A DNA stretch of 32,000 nt from Nitrososphaeraceae archaeon (GTDB lineage: Archaea > Thermoproteota > Nitrososphaeria > Nitrososphaerales > Nitrososphaeraceae). The translations under genes and the position numbers were made by a program. Shown in pieces: positions 7,875 to 17,368 of the stretch. The notes below the pieces were generated by a model. The model worked only from the letters and a program-made list of their open reading frames with translations, was not told where the DNA came from and did no database searches. Location: the NCBI GenBank assembly GCA_035250975.1, contig DATFEP010000064.1, positions 63,811 to 95,810 of the forward strand, written 5' to 3'. Within the stretch, counting starts at the first letter, position 1; each line of letters opens with the position of its first letter.

Positions 7875-9035
7875 ATGGACTTAATGAGTAACTTAAAGAA
7901 TACAGCTGTGAATGAATTGTTAGAAAAGCCGATTCTTGCAGATGAAAAAGATTCTATTTCCACGATAATAAACACACTTATCGAAAATAATGCGTACGAT
8001 GTATTTGTAGGTTTTTCAGGAAAAATAGTTGGATACAATGTTCGTGATATAATAGGAGTTAGAGATATCGCTTCTTCAAAACTTTCTGCCATTGGAAAGA
8101 CGATCCCTATTTTATCTCCAACTAGTAAAATTTCCGAAGCAGCCAGAATATTGAGTTTGTATAGACGCAGGGCACTCCCAATAGTAGATAAACAAAATAT
8201 CATAGGTCAAATATCTGCAAGAAAAATTGTGCAGAAGATAGATGAATATATGAAAAATGAGAAAAATATGAAATTTCCGGCATCATCGATAATGTCAGGA
8301 AATCCAATTGTAATAAGCAGTAAGGATACAGTATCTTCTGCAAGGACAATTATGAGAAGGAGACGGATAGATCATTTGCCAGTAATCAATAATGAAAAGC
8401 TCTCTGGGATTATAACTTCAACGGATATCATGCAAACAATGTTGCCCTCAGAAAGGATAGGTAGAAAAACAATAGGAGTCGATGCGGGTAAGTCAAGATA
8501 TGATATGTCCATATCTGGAATAATTAATAAAGATGTAATAACAGCAGATATCACTGATAAACTTAGAACTGTGACAGATCTAATGACGAACATGAATTCT
8601 ACTTATTGCATTATGAAAGTCTCTGATGAAGTTCAAGGCATCATTACTTACAGCGACGTTATTTCCTTACTTCAAGAAGAAGAAAAGTTTGAAACTATTC
8701 CTATTTTTCTTATGGGACTGCCAGATGATCCTTTTGAGGCAGAGCTAGCAAAGTCAAAATTCAAAAATATAGTTCAATACATGAAAAAGATTTATCCAGA
8801 TATAGAACAAGCAAAATGTCGTATCAAAATGAGGGAGACTCCTTCTCCGAGAAAACGATATGAAGTTACGATAAACATTATGTCAACACATTCTACTTAC
8901 CACTACTCTGACATTGGTTGGGATCTTAAAAATATTTTTGATCAAATAAGTAATGCTATGAAGAAAAAAGTTGGGCAGAGAAGTAAACGGACACAAAGGA
9001 ATACTATGAGAAGAGTGGAGATTCCACAAGAGTAG
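7875..9035 (+). CDS. Four-CBS-domain protein with a C-terminal HPF/RaiA-like (S30AE-like) domain
   Basis: Four repeats of the CBS pattern are present (e.g. RRRALPIVDKQNIIGQISARKIV, RRRIDHLPVINNEKLSGIITSTDIM, VQGIITYSDVI). The C-terminal ~110 aa (IPIFLMGL...RYEVTINIMSTH...DLKNIFDQISNAMKKKVGQRSKR) has a beta-alpha-beta-beta-beta-alpha pattern like YfiA/HPF. I start it at ATG 7875. The track start is TTG 7860. Confidence 0.8.
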   Translation: MDLMSNLKNTAVNELLEKPILADEKDSISTIINTLIENNAYDVFVGFSGKIVGYNVRDIIGVRDIASSKLSAIGKTIPILSPTSKISEAARILSLYRRRALPIVDKQNIIGQISARKIVQKIDEYMKNEKNMKFPASSIMSGNPIVISSKDTVSSARTIMRRRRIDHLPVINNEKLSGIITSTDIMQTMLPSERIGRKTIGVDAGKSRYDMSISGIINKDVITADITDKLRTVTDLMTNMNSTYCIMKVSDEVQGIITYSDVISLLQEEEKFETIPIFLMGLPDDPFEAELAKSKFKNIVQYMKKIYPDIEQAKCRIKMRETPSPRKRYEVTINIMSTHSTYHYSDIGWDLKNIFDQISNAMKKKVGQRSKRTQRNTMRRVEIPQE

Positions 9036-10374
9036 GTACACGCAGACTAGCAAGTTCTACATGAAAATTATGGAATGAGATTGATAGCAGAAAGAACACA
9101 GATTTGTACATGATGAAGCGTAAAATTATAAAATCGTCGTGGAGAATATTTTACTGACTACATGAGGATAGAAGTTGGGATTTTAAGAGCCTAAAACATA
9201 TCATTCCCTTGATAGTAAACGCATCAGAATGCAGGCTGTTTTGAGTGTACCAATACACCTTCCTAGGTATTTTCGAAATTCTTGGTCAAGTACAGGATTG
9301 AGCTTTAGATCTCATTAATTAAAGAGAATTTTCAAGATAAATATATTATACAATGACTATTGATGGCATTTTTGATCATTCTTATCAATTTCATGTCGTA
9401 ATCCCTGAATTTCTGTTTTGTTAAATTGTTATGGGTATCTCCATGCATTCGTTTATCAATATTCTTTACGCACTACATTTCTAAATCAAGTCGGAAGAAT
9501 GTTGAGTTTTTCGTCAACTGTTTGCATGAATGCCTTGACATTTCAAGTACCTAACACAATTCCCATGCCTGTTGCAAATCCAGTGATAATTGTTGTCAGA
9601 AAGAATTTTTCAAAGGTGTTAGCTTTAGCAGGTGAAAATAAACTTTTATCCCTTCTTATCCTTCTTATAGTTGAACTTTTTTTTCTTTTCACTACACTTT
9701 TTATATTGTTTTTCAGAATATTTAATAGCTTTTTTTATTGTTTTTTTAAATTTTAAAAAGTACATGGATCACGGAATGTATCAAATTTATTTATTTAATG
9801 AATAAACATGACGACGTACAAAAATGTAAATATTAAATAATTTCGTCAATTTCTTACAGGTTTAAATGGAAAATACTGTAAATATTTAATAAACAGCAAT
9901 ATATAAAATTATTGTTGTCAGAAAATATTAAGACATTGGGTATAAGGTTAACTATAAGACATATGAAAATTTTCCAAGTTATAGACTAGAATCAGGGAAT
10001 AAAACAAATACAATATTAACATAACAAGAAAAAAAGAATAATAAAAATAACCAGGTCCTATATAAACTAATAATGGAACAAAACATTCGCTGGATAGAAA
10101 AATTTTGCATATTGCCTATTAAACACAGAAATAACTAAAAGGGTACATCAGAATATCCCACATTCCAGCATTACTTGTGAATCAAGACATAACAAGCAGA
10201 TACAGCTGTAACATTTAATAAAGAATGAAGGTTTATCAGATCGAATTTTACAAAATATCTATTATATTGAAAATATGGTCTATTCTTTTATTTTTGTTTA
10301 GGAGTTTGAAAGGAAAAAGATCTACATTATTAACCTCATTGTCAGATAGAATCTGAACAAGTAGAGAAGAGTAG

Positions 10375-11913
10375 ATGAAATTTAAGGCTAAAATACTCGG
10401 TATAGAATCTGGGGGAAGACCTGTGATCACTTTGAGTAAGGATGATGCCTATGAGCTCGGAATAAGGAGCGGAGAACGGGTTAAACTTTTGTACGAAAAT
10501 AAAGAAATGATTGTAATAGTTAATATTGTTACTAAATCCGTTCCAAAAGGAATTGCAGGGATTTATGATGAGTTGAGAACAATCGGAAACATTAAGGAAA
10601 GCAGCGTTCTAGAGATAGAGGTAATTGATTTTCCTCAGTCCATTTATTTTATACAAAACAAATTGAAAAAAAGCAAGTTAAATTACAAGGAGATTTTTGA
10701 GATAATAAAAGATGTTGTAAATGGAAATCTAAATGAATTCGAAATTGCAGCTTTCTTGACTGCACTTGATCATCAGGGATTGGATATTGATGAAGCAACT
10801 AGCCTCACACTGGCAATGGTAGAGACAGGAAAAAAGTTGGAAATAGCAAATAAGCCAATATGTGATAAGCATTCCATCGGCGGAGTCCCTGGAGATAAAA
10901 CCACGCTTCTGGTAGTTCCTATAATTGCTGCGGCAGGATTAACTATTCCAAAGACTTCCTCTCGTGCTATAACTTCCGCTAGCGGAACTGCAGATAGGGC
11001 TGAAATCCTCATGCCAGTTAATCTTACGACTGAGCACATGAAAATGGTAATAGAAAAAACTAATGGGTGTATTGTATGGGGAGGATCTCTAGAATTAGCA
11101 CCTGCAGATGATAAATTTATTCAAGTTGAATATCCTCTTTCCATCGATCCTCTGCTACTACCTTCAATCATGGCGAAGAAAAAGGCTGTCGGAGCAAATT
11201 ATTTGGTATTAGATATACCTTCTGGACGTGGAACAAAAGTAAAAACAACTGGTGATGCAGATCTAATGGCTAAAGAGTTCATGGAGCTTGGAAAAAGATT
11301 GGAAATAAAAACTCAATCAATAATATCATTTGGTGAACAACCCATAGGTAATACCATTGGACCTGCCTTAGAGGCTCGAGAAGCACTAGAAGTACTCCAG
11401 GGAAGTAAAGTTCCTGACCTTATAGACAAAGCAATAAACATTTGTGGTTTGATATTCAGTATGGCTGGTATAGGAGGAAAGAACCTCGCGCTAGATATTT
11501 TGAAAAGCGGGAAGGCGGAGAAAAAAATGAAGGAGATAATATATAGACAAGGCGGTGATTCAGAGGTCCATATTGAGGATATAAAAATTGGAGACCATAA
11601 GCTAGAAATTCAAGCAGTAAATTCAGGAAATGTTCTGTGGTTGGATAACAATATTATTGTTACGATTGCTCGTTTGGCTGGTGCCCCAAAGGACAAGGGA
11701 GCTGGAATAATTATTCATAAAAAGATAGGACAAAAAGTGAAGAAAGATGATAAACTACTTACAATTTATTCGGAAAAGAAAAATAGGATTCATAGCGTAG
11801 AAAAAATGCTAACCGAAATAAAACCAATTCAGGTGGGTAATAGACACGAAATGATAATTCATACGTTTTTAGATATTCCCGAACCTAAAAAAACTTTCAT
11901 TTTGGAACGTTAG
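10375..11913 (+). CDS. deoA: AMP phosphorylase (archaeal thymidine-phosphorylase-family enzyme with N-terminal extension)
   Basis: 512 aa. The N-terminal extension MKFKAKILGIESGGRPVITLSKDDAYELGI is typical of archaeal AMPpase. It is followed by the glycosyltransferase-family-3 core (DKHSIGGVPGDKTT, TSSRAITSASGTAD, SIMAKKKA) and a C-terminal PYNP domain. Confidence 0.9.
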   Translation: MKFKAKILGIESGGRPVITLSKDDAYELGIRSGERVKLLYENKEMIVIVNIVTKSVPKGIAGIYDELRTIGNIKESSVLEIEVIDFPQSIYFIQNKLKKSKLNYKEIFEIIKDVVNGNLNEFEIAAFLTALDHQGLDIDEATSLTLAMVETGKKLEIANKPICDKHSIGGVPGDKTTLLVVPIIAAAGLTIPKTSSRAITSASGTADRAEILMPVNLTTEHMKMVIEKTNGCIVWGGSLELAPADDKFIQVEYPLSIDPLLLPSIMAKKKAVGANYLVLDIPSGRGTKVKTTGDADLMAKEFMELGKRLEIKTQSIISFGEQPIGNTIGPALEAREALEVLQGSKVPDLIDKAINICGLIFSMAGIGGKNLALDILKSGKAEKKMKEIIYRQGGDSEVHIEDIKIGDHKLEIQAVNSGNVLWLDNNIIVTIARLAGAPKDKGAGIIIHKKIGQKVKKDDKLLTIYSEKKNRIHSVEKMLTEIKPIQVGNRHEMIIHTFLDIPEPKKTFILER

Positions 11914-12658
11914 AAATCAATTGGGCAGGTATATATTATTTATAGTATTTAAAAGCATTGTTACTTCCAACATTCATGTTTCAAAGTAACCAATCCGAGA
12001 GATCCATAAACTCAACTCTCATGAATAGGTTTTTGGAGTAAGCTAATAGCATGGTCGAAATAATTCCCGGTATTAATAACAAAGATAATAAAGATAATAA
12101 AGAATCGTTATGACGATATTTAATGTACATATATCTAGATTGTGTATTCAAACATTGTTCGGCTTGCGACTTCTCATTATCCTCATTATTTTATAAATTG
12201 GTTAGATGCCTGGTCCCACTATTTTTAGTATGATACCTGTAATACACAAGAAGAGATACTAGCTAATAGAAAATGATTAATCTTTTAATTCCTACTCTGT
12301 TGCATATTTTTGATAATGAAGATAAGAGCTTTACATGAGCAGAATTAGTTACCTTTAGACCCTATCTTTTTTTTTACGTACCTTAAATTAGAAACCGAAT
12401 AATCTATTATTTTTTTATAAATGTTAAGATATAACAACTCTACACCAAAAAATATTAGGTTTAAAAAAATTTAAAAGGATGAAAAACATCATGAATATGA
12501 TACCAAAATAATCCTTTCCATCTTGTATTTAAAATAGATACTTGGAAACGCCATTAAAGTACATTTAACAAGAATTGACATTGTGCAGTGCAGAGCGTAT
12601 AGCCTCGATATCAGAGTAGGATACAAGTAAATAATTAAAATATGATTATTTTTTATAA

Positions 12659-13345
12659 CTATAGATATAAACCTAAAATATATCCAACTGTATATGCAAC
12701 CATAGCAGCCATTCCTCCTATCAACAATGTATAAAACCCCGAACTAATAACTGATTTATTCACGATCCTTCCCTTAATTGAGCCTATTATAAAAAAAGAT
12801 ATTCCAGTAAAAATAATAGAATAAATCAACGCGGAATTTGTTGATAAGATGGTAACATTCAGAATATATGATATAACGAAAGGAGCTAAAGGAACAAAGC
12901 CAAGTAAATTAAATGCAACAAAAGTTGTAATGGCAGCATCGAGAGGTTTCTTTGTATCATCTATCAATTCCAGTTCTTCTTTCATCATTGTATCTAGCCA
13001 AATTTTCCTTCTTGAAGTAATTATTTTGACAATGTCTTCTAATAGTGCATCTTTGAACCCTTTCTTTTCATAAATTTCTCTTATCTCTTGTTTTTCCTGT
13101 TCTGCTAAATTATCTATTTCCCACTCTTCTTTTTTTCTTTCTTTTTCAATGTACTCTCTCCTTGTTTTTACAGACAAATAATTACCAATCGACATTGAAA
13201 ATCCATCAGCGAACAGATTTGCAAATCCTAAAATGATAATAACGGCAACTGGCAAAGACGCCCCGAAAGCGCCGGTAACTATAGCAAAAGTAGTAACTGC
13301 CCCATCAGTAGCACCGTAAACAAAATCTTCTATAGACCACTTCAC
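12659..13345 (-). CDS. VIT1/CCC1-family iron/manganese transporter
   Basis: The N-terminus YGATDGAVTTFAIVTGAFGA is followed by an acidic helical insert (ERKKEEWEIDNLAEQEKQEIREIYEKKG) and C-terminal TM helices. This is the classic VIT1 layout. GTG start at 13345. Confidence 0.85.
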   Translation of the reverse strand: MKWSIEDFVYGATDGAVTTFAIVTGAFGASLPVAVIIILGFANLFADGFSMSIGNYLSVKTRREYIEKERKKEEWEIDNLAEQEKQEIREIYEKKGFKDALLEDIVKIITSRRKIWLDTMMKEELELIDDTKKPLDAAITTFVAFNLLGFVPLAPFVISYILNVTILSTNSALIYSIIFTGISFFIIGSIKGRIVNKSVISSGFYTLLIGGMAAMVAYTVGYILGLYL

Positions 13346-13468
13346 ATCTGATAATACATTGAGACATTTAAAAATATTATAATCCCTTTTTGTAAAAATA
13401 ATGCCTTAAATTTCAAAATCTATACTAAACATACAAATACCTTTTTCAATTAAATACAAAAAGATTAC

Positions 13469-14941
13469 ATGTCAACTACAAGTCATCAAGGTCTTAATGT
13501 AACATCAGAACAATTAAAGAAAAAAATGGAAACAGAAGAACCATTAATAATTTTTGATATAGGAGATTTTCAAAGATATCAGTCAAAACACATCCCTGGA
13601 TCTAGTTTTGCTTCCTGTGATGAAGAGTCTAAGAGAAATATAATGCCACGGTTGCCAAAAGATATCGAGATTGTTTTGGTAGGTGACACGGATGAATATC
13701 CAAAAGAAATGGCCAAAACCATGAATTCGATGGGATTAAAAGCAAAATATCTTGAAGGAGGTTTGCAATCTTGGAAATGGGAAATGTCAAAATCGGAAGA
13801 AAAGAACTTGACACCACAAGACCTAAAAAAAATCCTCGATGAGAATACTACTGATACTACAAGAGGTAAGGAAATAATACTTTTAGATGTAAGGCAACCC
13901 CATGAATTTGAAAGTTGGCATATTGAAAACAGTCATAATATACCCCTGGAGAAAATTACATCATCTCTAAATTCTTTTGATAAAAAAAGAGAGATAGTTA
14001 CAATTTGTCCAAGGGGAAATAAAGCGATGGTAGCAAAAGCGATTCTACAAAGATATGGATTTACAGCAAGGGCATTGGCTGGCGGTTTAAGTGCATGGAC
14101 ATCTGCGATTGAAAATCCTTCTACTGAATTTGAAATTATAGATAAAAATGGAAACAAAAAAATGGTAAAAGTTGTTCAAATAAGAAGAATAGGAAAGGGA
14201 TGTTTATCTTATTTTTTATCATTTAAAGACGAGTCCATTGTTATAGATCCTGCATTCCCAGTAGAAAATTATACAGAACTTGCTAAGACAAGTGAATCGA
14301 AAATTATCAAGATTTTTGACACCCATCAACACGCAGATCACATATCTGCAGGAAAATCATTGGCTGATAAAACAGGAGCAGAGTATTATGTCAGCGATCT
14401 AGAGGAATATTCTCAAGAAAGCATGGGATCAAATATTAAGAAGATAAAGCAAGGTGATATTGAAAAGATAGACGAGATAGAAATTAAAATATTAAACACC
14501 CCTGGACACACAAATGGTAGTCTCTGTTTTCTAGTAGGTTCAAAACTTTTGTTTACAGGAGATACTCTCTTTGTTGATGGAATAGGTAGACCCGATCTTA
14601 GAGATAAAGCAGTTGAATATTCAAAATTGCTCTATAACACTCTGCATAACAAGGTCTTGACTTTGGATGAAAATATAGTTGTACTTCCGGCTCATACACA
14701 AAAAAGTATTACTTCAAAAATTTTATTATCAGGATTTTTGAAAGATATAAAAAATAATAATAAAGACTTATTTTTGTTAGGTGAAAAAGAATTTGTAGAT
14801 ACTATTGCGTCACTAACAATACCTACTCCCCCCTCGTACAAAGATATAATAGCTATAAATAAATATTTCAAGGCAAAAGATATGGATATTAGCAAGATTA
14901 ATGAATTAGAATTTGGTCCTAACAGATGCATTATTAAATGA
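13469..14941 (+). CDS. Rhodanese-rhodanese-metallo-beta-lactamase fusion (persulfide dioxygenase/ETHE1-like)
   Basis: There are two rhodanese modules. The first lacks an active-site Cys (VLVGDTDEY). The second has the loop CPRGNKA. They are followed by the MBL motif THQHADHISAG (HxHxDH), TPGHTNGS and TGDTLF. The C-terminus is GPNRC. Confidence 0.85.
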   Translation: MSTTSHQGLNVTSEQLKKKMETEEPLIIFDIGDFQRYQSKHIPGSSFASCDEESKRNIMPRLPKDIEIVLVGDTDEYPKEMAKTMNSMGLKAKYLEGGLQSWKWEMSKSEEKNLTPQDLKKILDENTTDTTRGKEIILLDVRQPHEFESWHIENSHNIPLEKITSSLNSFDKKREIVTICPRGNKAMVAKAILQRYGFTARALAGGLSAWTSAIENPSTEFEIIDKNGNKKMVKVVQIRRIGKGCLSYFLSFKDESIVIDPAFPVENYTELAKTSESKIIKIFDTHQHADHISAGKSLADKTGAEYYVSDLEEYSQESMGSNIKKIKQGDIEKIDEIEIKILNTPGHTNGSLCFLVGSKLLFTGDTLFVDGIGRPDLRDKAVEYSKLLYNTLHNKVLTLDENIVVLPAHTQKSITSKILLSGFLKDIKNNNKDLFLLGEKEFVDTIASLTIPTPPSYKDIIAINKYFKAKDMDISKINELEFGPNRCIIK

Positions 14942-14959
14942 GGATGTGATAATATACAT

Positions 14960-15358
14960 ATGAAAAATTTTGTTGTTATGTCACTTTGGATGATATTCTT
15001 ATCGTCATCATTAACATCATTATCATTGATAAATGTAAGTGCTCAGACAGAACCTAAAGTAAATGTCATGTATGAATGCGGAACAATGGACATTAACACT
15101 CAATTAAATGTGAACGGGTTCGAACCGAATAGTAGTGTGTCTTGGAAAGTTATTACTCCTACCGATGAAACAGGTGCGATATTTGGATACTTTGATACGA
15201 ATAGCACTGGAGGATTCAAAGAATTTACTCATCTATCGGAATTAAAGGACGCAGATTATTCAGTTCAATTCTTTGATGATGCTGATAAGGATGGCCTTCC
15301 AGATAAAGGAAAGAAAATATTTACTGCTAAAATGTCTCCTCCAGTTCCATGTAAATAA
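14960..15358 (+). CDS. Small secreted hypothetical protein
   Basis: 132-aa ORF starting 18 nt after the rhodanese-MBL gene. It has a signal-peptide-like N-terminus (MKNFVVMSLWMIFLSSSLTSLSLINVSAQ) and two Cys (C40, C131). Confidence 0.5.
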   Translation: MKNFVVMSLWMIFLSSSLTSLSLINVSAQTEPKVNVMYECGTMDINTQLNVNGFEPNSSVSWKVITPTDETGAIFGYFDTNSTGGFKEFTHLSELKDADYSVQFFDDADKDGLPDKGKKIFTAKMSPPVPCK

Positions 15359-15789
15359 TCTAGATTAAATGGCTAGAAATTTTTTATTAATTCATCTAGA
15401 TTTTGTCAAAATTTGTTTTTTAAAAAGAGATATCAATTATTTCAAAGTTTTTAGAATGAATTAACATAAAAATCTTTATCATAAAATAAATAAATAAATT
15501 AAAACAATTGAAAGCATCTGAACTGTATAATCGCCAATAAATAAAAAGTGACTGCCGCCAGAAAGGCAACACCTTTGATTAGATTCATTGCTAAAGACAT
15601 ACATCAAATTTGAAGAATTATCAAAAGAAACTGACACATAGGAAGCATCTAAATTCAAAGGATATAGAAGATACAAAGAAACTATTGACCTTATTTGCTT
15701 GAATACCTTACATCAGCAGCACTTGATTTTTTTCCCCAACAAATTGAAGCCTAGAAGAGATGACAACAAGAGATTTTATTTAGCACATT

Positions 15790-15972
15790 TTATTTTTTCA
15801 GATTAGTTGCCGAAAAGTGATTTGAATGAGTATTAATATGCTCATCACAATAATAATTATTACATTCGGGGCATTGTGATGAAGGTACTTTCGTACATCC
15901 TCTCATTGCACATTTTAATCCATGTAGGGGTCGTCCTCTGGTCTCGTCCCATAAATCAGCTATGGCGCCCAT
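15790..15972 (-). CDS. Small zinc-finger protein (AN1-like C/H cluster)
   Basis: 60 aa with C-x4-C-x7-C-x2-C-x4-C-x2-H-x3-H (CAMRGCTKVPSSQCPECNNYYCDEHINTH). The 5' half is noticeably GC-richer than its surroundings. Confidence 0.5.
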   Translation of the reverse strand: MGAIADLWDETRGRPLHGLKCAMRGCTKVPSSQCPECNNYYCDEHINTHSNHFSATNLKK

Positions 15973-16091
15973 ATAATTAATTAGATACGATGCTATTTAA
16001 ACAAATTTGAATAATAAAGTTAAAACAATTTACGGATCACATATTTTAAAATTTATTAAATTAATTATTTTTTAGGTAAACAATTCTCTTT

Positions 16092-16586
16092 TTATGTAGA
16101 CAGTTTATTGTTTGAATTTATTTCGACATTTATTGTCCAGATCATAAATGGATGGATAGCACATATATAACTATAAACTCCTTCACGTTCGAAGGTATAT
16201 TCAAATTTGTCTCCCGGAAATAACATGTTTGAATCAAATAGCGAACTAGGTACTGAAATATTTTTCGAGTAATTTGAATTTATATTAGGATCGTTATCTG
16301 AAACCTCGACAGTGTTAACAGTATGAATTGTGCTATCCTCATTTATCCATTCAACAGTGTCATCAATATGAATATTGGTTGGGTCTGGTATAAAATGTGG
16401 AACAGTATCGGTGCCTGCACCTTGAGGAATAGTTATAATAACTTTTTGATTCATTGCATAAGAACTAGTAAACAAACTGCAAAAAAAGAATAATAATACT
16501 AATAAAAGAATAATATTATATGTCATAAGGGAGCATTGAGTACTTATTGTATTATTAACATTTCTCCTAATAAGGACCATGAGCAA
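16092..16586 (-). CDS. Type-1 (blue) copper protein, amicyanin/plastocyanin-like cupredoxin
   Basis: Hydrophobic leader (MTYNIILLLVLLFFFCSLFTSSYA), then His in STIHTVNTV and the C-terminal ligand loop YICAIHPFM (C-x2-H-x2-M, as in the amicyanin loop CTPHPFM). Alternative in-frame starts are ATG 16580 and ATG 16526. Confidence 0.8.
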   Translation of the reverse strand: MLMVLIRRNVNNTISTQCSLMTYNIILLLVLLFFFCSLFTSSYAMNQKVIITIPQGAGTDTVPHFIPDPTNIHIDDTVEWINEDSTIHTVNTVEVSDNDPNINSNYSKNISVPSSLFDSNMLFPGDKFEYTFEREGVYSYICAIHPFMIWTINVEINSNNKLST

Positions 16587-16868
16587 GAATACACCTCATT
16601 AAAAACATCAATTTTAAAGATAATGACAATTTTATCTCGTAATTTCATTTGACAAATTTTAATTTAAAAAGATAAATAGAATAGTCATAATATCCCATAA
16701 CAATTAATCAATTCATTAATTATTTAATACTCTAACGATATTTGCTGTGAACCCCTGTCAGTGATGTGAGTACACATCCACAACGTCACCATCTTTCTTT
16801 TTTCTATTAAAGCAACTTCATTTGCAAAATTCATAAAAAAATAGTTATTACAGTCATCCGAAAATAAT

Positions 16869-17336
16869 ATGATAATGGAAGATAGCAAACATATTCCTGC
16901 CGTAGAAGATATAATGACTCCAATGCCACTAGAAGTAATTAACCTTTCTGACGACGTATATATCGCATCAAAATTAATGAAGGAAAAGCAAATCAGTTCG
17001 ATCATTGTTACAGACGAAGAAAAGCATCCAATTGGCATAATAACTGAACGTGACATAGTAAGACGGGTTGTATGCAATAAGAAAATTGCATCAAATACAT
17101 CTGTAGACTCAATTATGTCAAAACCATTGGTAACCGTTGAATCTAAAGCTAATATTGACGAAGCAGTAGCTATCATGATAAAAAACAAAATTAGGAGACT
17201 GCCTATTGTTAAGGATGGTCATTTATATGGTATTATAACTACAACCGATTTGATTAGATATATGTTTCAGAAATATGTTACCGATAAGGAAATTTTGAAA
17301 TCCCTATTAAGGTATAAGAAATACTGGGAAGAATAA
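16869..17336 (+). CDS. CBS-pair domain protein
   Basis: Two CBS motifs are present (QISSIIVTDEEKHPIGIITERDIVRRV and IRRLPIVKDGHLYGIITTTDLIRY). The antisense ORF 16724..17188 is treated as a shadow. Confidence 0.8.
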   Translation: MIMEDSKHIPAVEDIMTPMPLEVINLSDDVYIASKLMKEKQISSIIVTDEEKHPIGIITERDIVRRVVCNKKIASNTSVDSIMSKPLVTVESKANIDEAVAIMIKNKIRRLPIVKDGHLYGIITTTDLIRYMFQKYVTDKEILKSLLRYKKYWEE

Positions 17337-17361
17337 TGAGAATTTAGTAAATTTTAAAACC

Positions 17362-17368
17362 TTTTTTT
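17362..17368 (+). terminator. Oligo-T tract downstream of the CBS-pair gene (candidate archaeal terminator)
   Basis: A T7 run lies 26 nt after the TAA stop at 17334-17336. Archaeal RNAP terminates at oligo-T tracts. Function not demonstrated. Confidence 0.35.

Noticed and set aside
7856-8203. 115-aa minus-strand ORF (and 8372..8593) inside the four-CBS gene
   Set aside because: These are antisense shadows of a well-supported CDS with no recognisable features. The same reasoning applies to 691..945, 1986..2237, 3142..3366, 3363..3593, 4328..4543, 6377..6601, 10773..11039, 12849..13073, 13629..13817, 13933..14157, 14692..14931, 22584..22886, 22792..23001, 23164..23355, 25104..25313, 25505..25708, 28547..28840 and 28918..29100.
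9110-9157. Possible archaeal C/D-box sRNA (ATGATGA at 9110-9116 and CTGA at 9154-9157, 48 nt apart)
   Set aside because: The spacing is right. However, I could not find acceptable internal D' (CUGA) and C' (UGAUGA) boxes at the expected positions, nor a terminal stem flanking the boxes. It is likely a chance occurrence.
9234-9250. GGCTGTTTTGAGTGTAC resembles the IS6 terminal repeat (GGCTGTGTTAAGTT). A nearby frame reads GLSFRS, reminiscent of GLSLRN in the transposase.
   Set aside because: Only 11 of 14 bases match. The peptide similarity is 6 residues at a non-collinear distance from the putative end. No further transposase similarity is visible. It is too weak to call a solo IR or IS remnant without a search.
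9418-9756. 112-aa plus-strand ORF in the long spacer
   Set aside because: TTG start, a strongly Phe/Leu-biased low-complexity C-terminus derived from a T-rich tract, and no motif. The opposite strand shows more coding-like fragments. I did not call it as a gene.
10248-10430. 60-aa minus-strand ORF overlapping the AMP phosphorylase start
   Set aside because: It overlaps the 5' end of a confident CDS on the other strand. It is at minimal length and has no features.
12222-12246. TTTTTAGTATGATACCTGTAATACA shares TTTTAGT...TACCTGTAATA with the hairpin region at 7107-7126
   Set aside because: The shared core is short, and the second copy lacks the inverted partner arm. In roughly 33% GC DNA this could be chance. 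I noted it only as something a genome-wide motif count could revisit.
15479-15676. 65-aa minus-strand ORF in the spacer after the small secreted protein gene
   Set aside because: TTG start, no motif, low-complexity hydrophobic tail, isolated in AT-rich DNA. The evidence is insufficient.
16724-17188. 154-aa ORF on the minus strand overlapping the CBS-pair gene
   Set aside because: It is antisense to a gene with clear CBS motifs. Its own translation is low complexity (Ile/Ser/Phe-rich) with no motif. It is a typical shadow ORF in AT-rich DNA.
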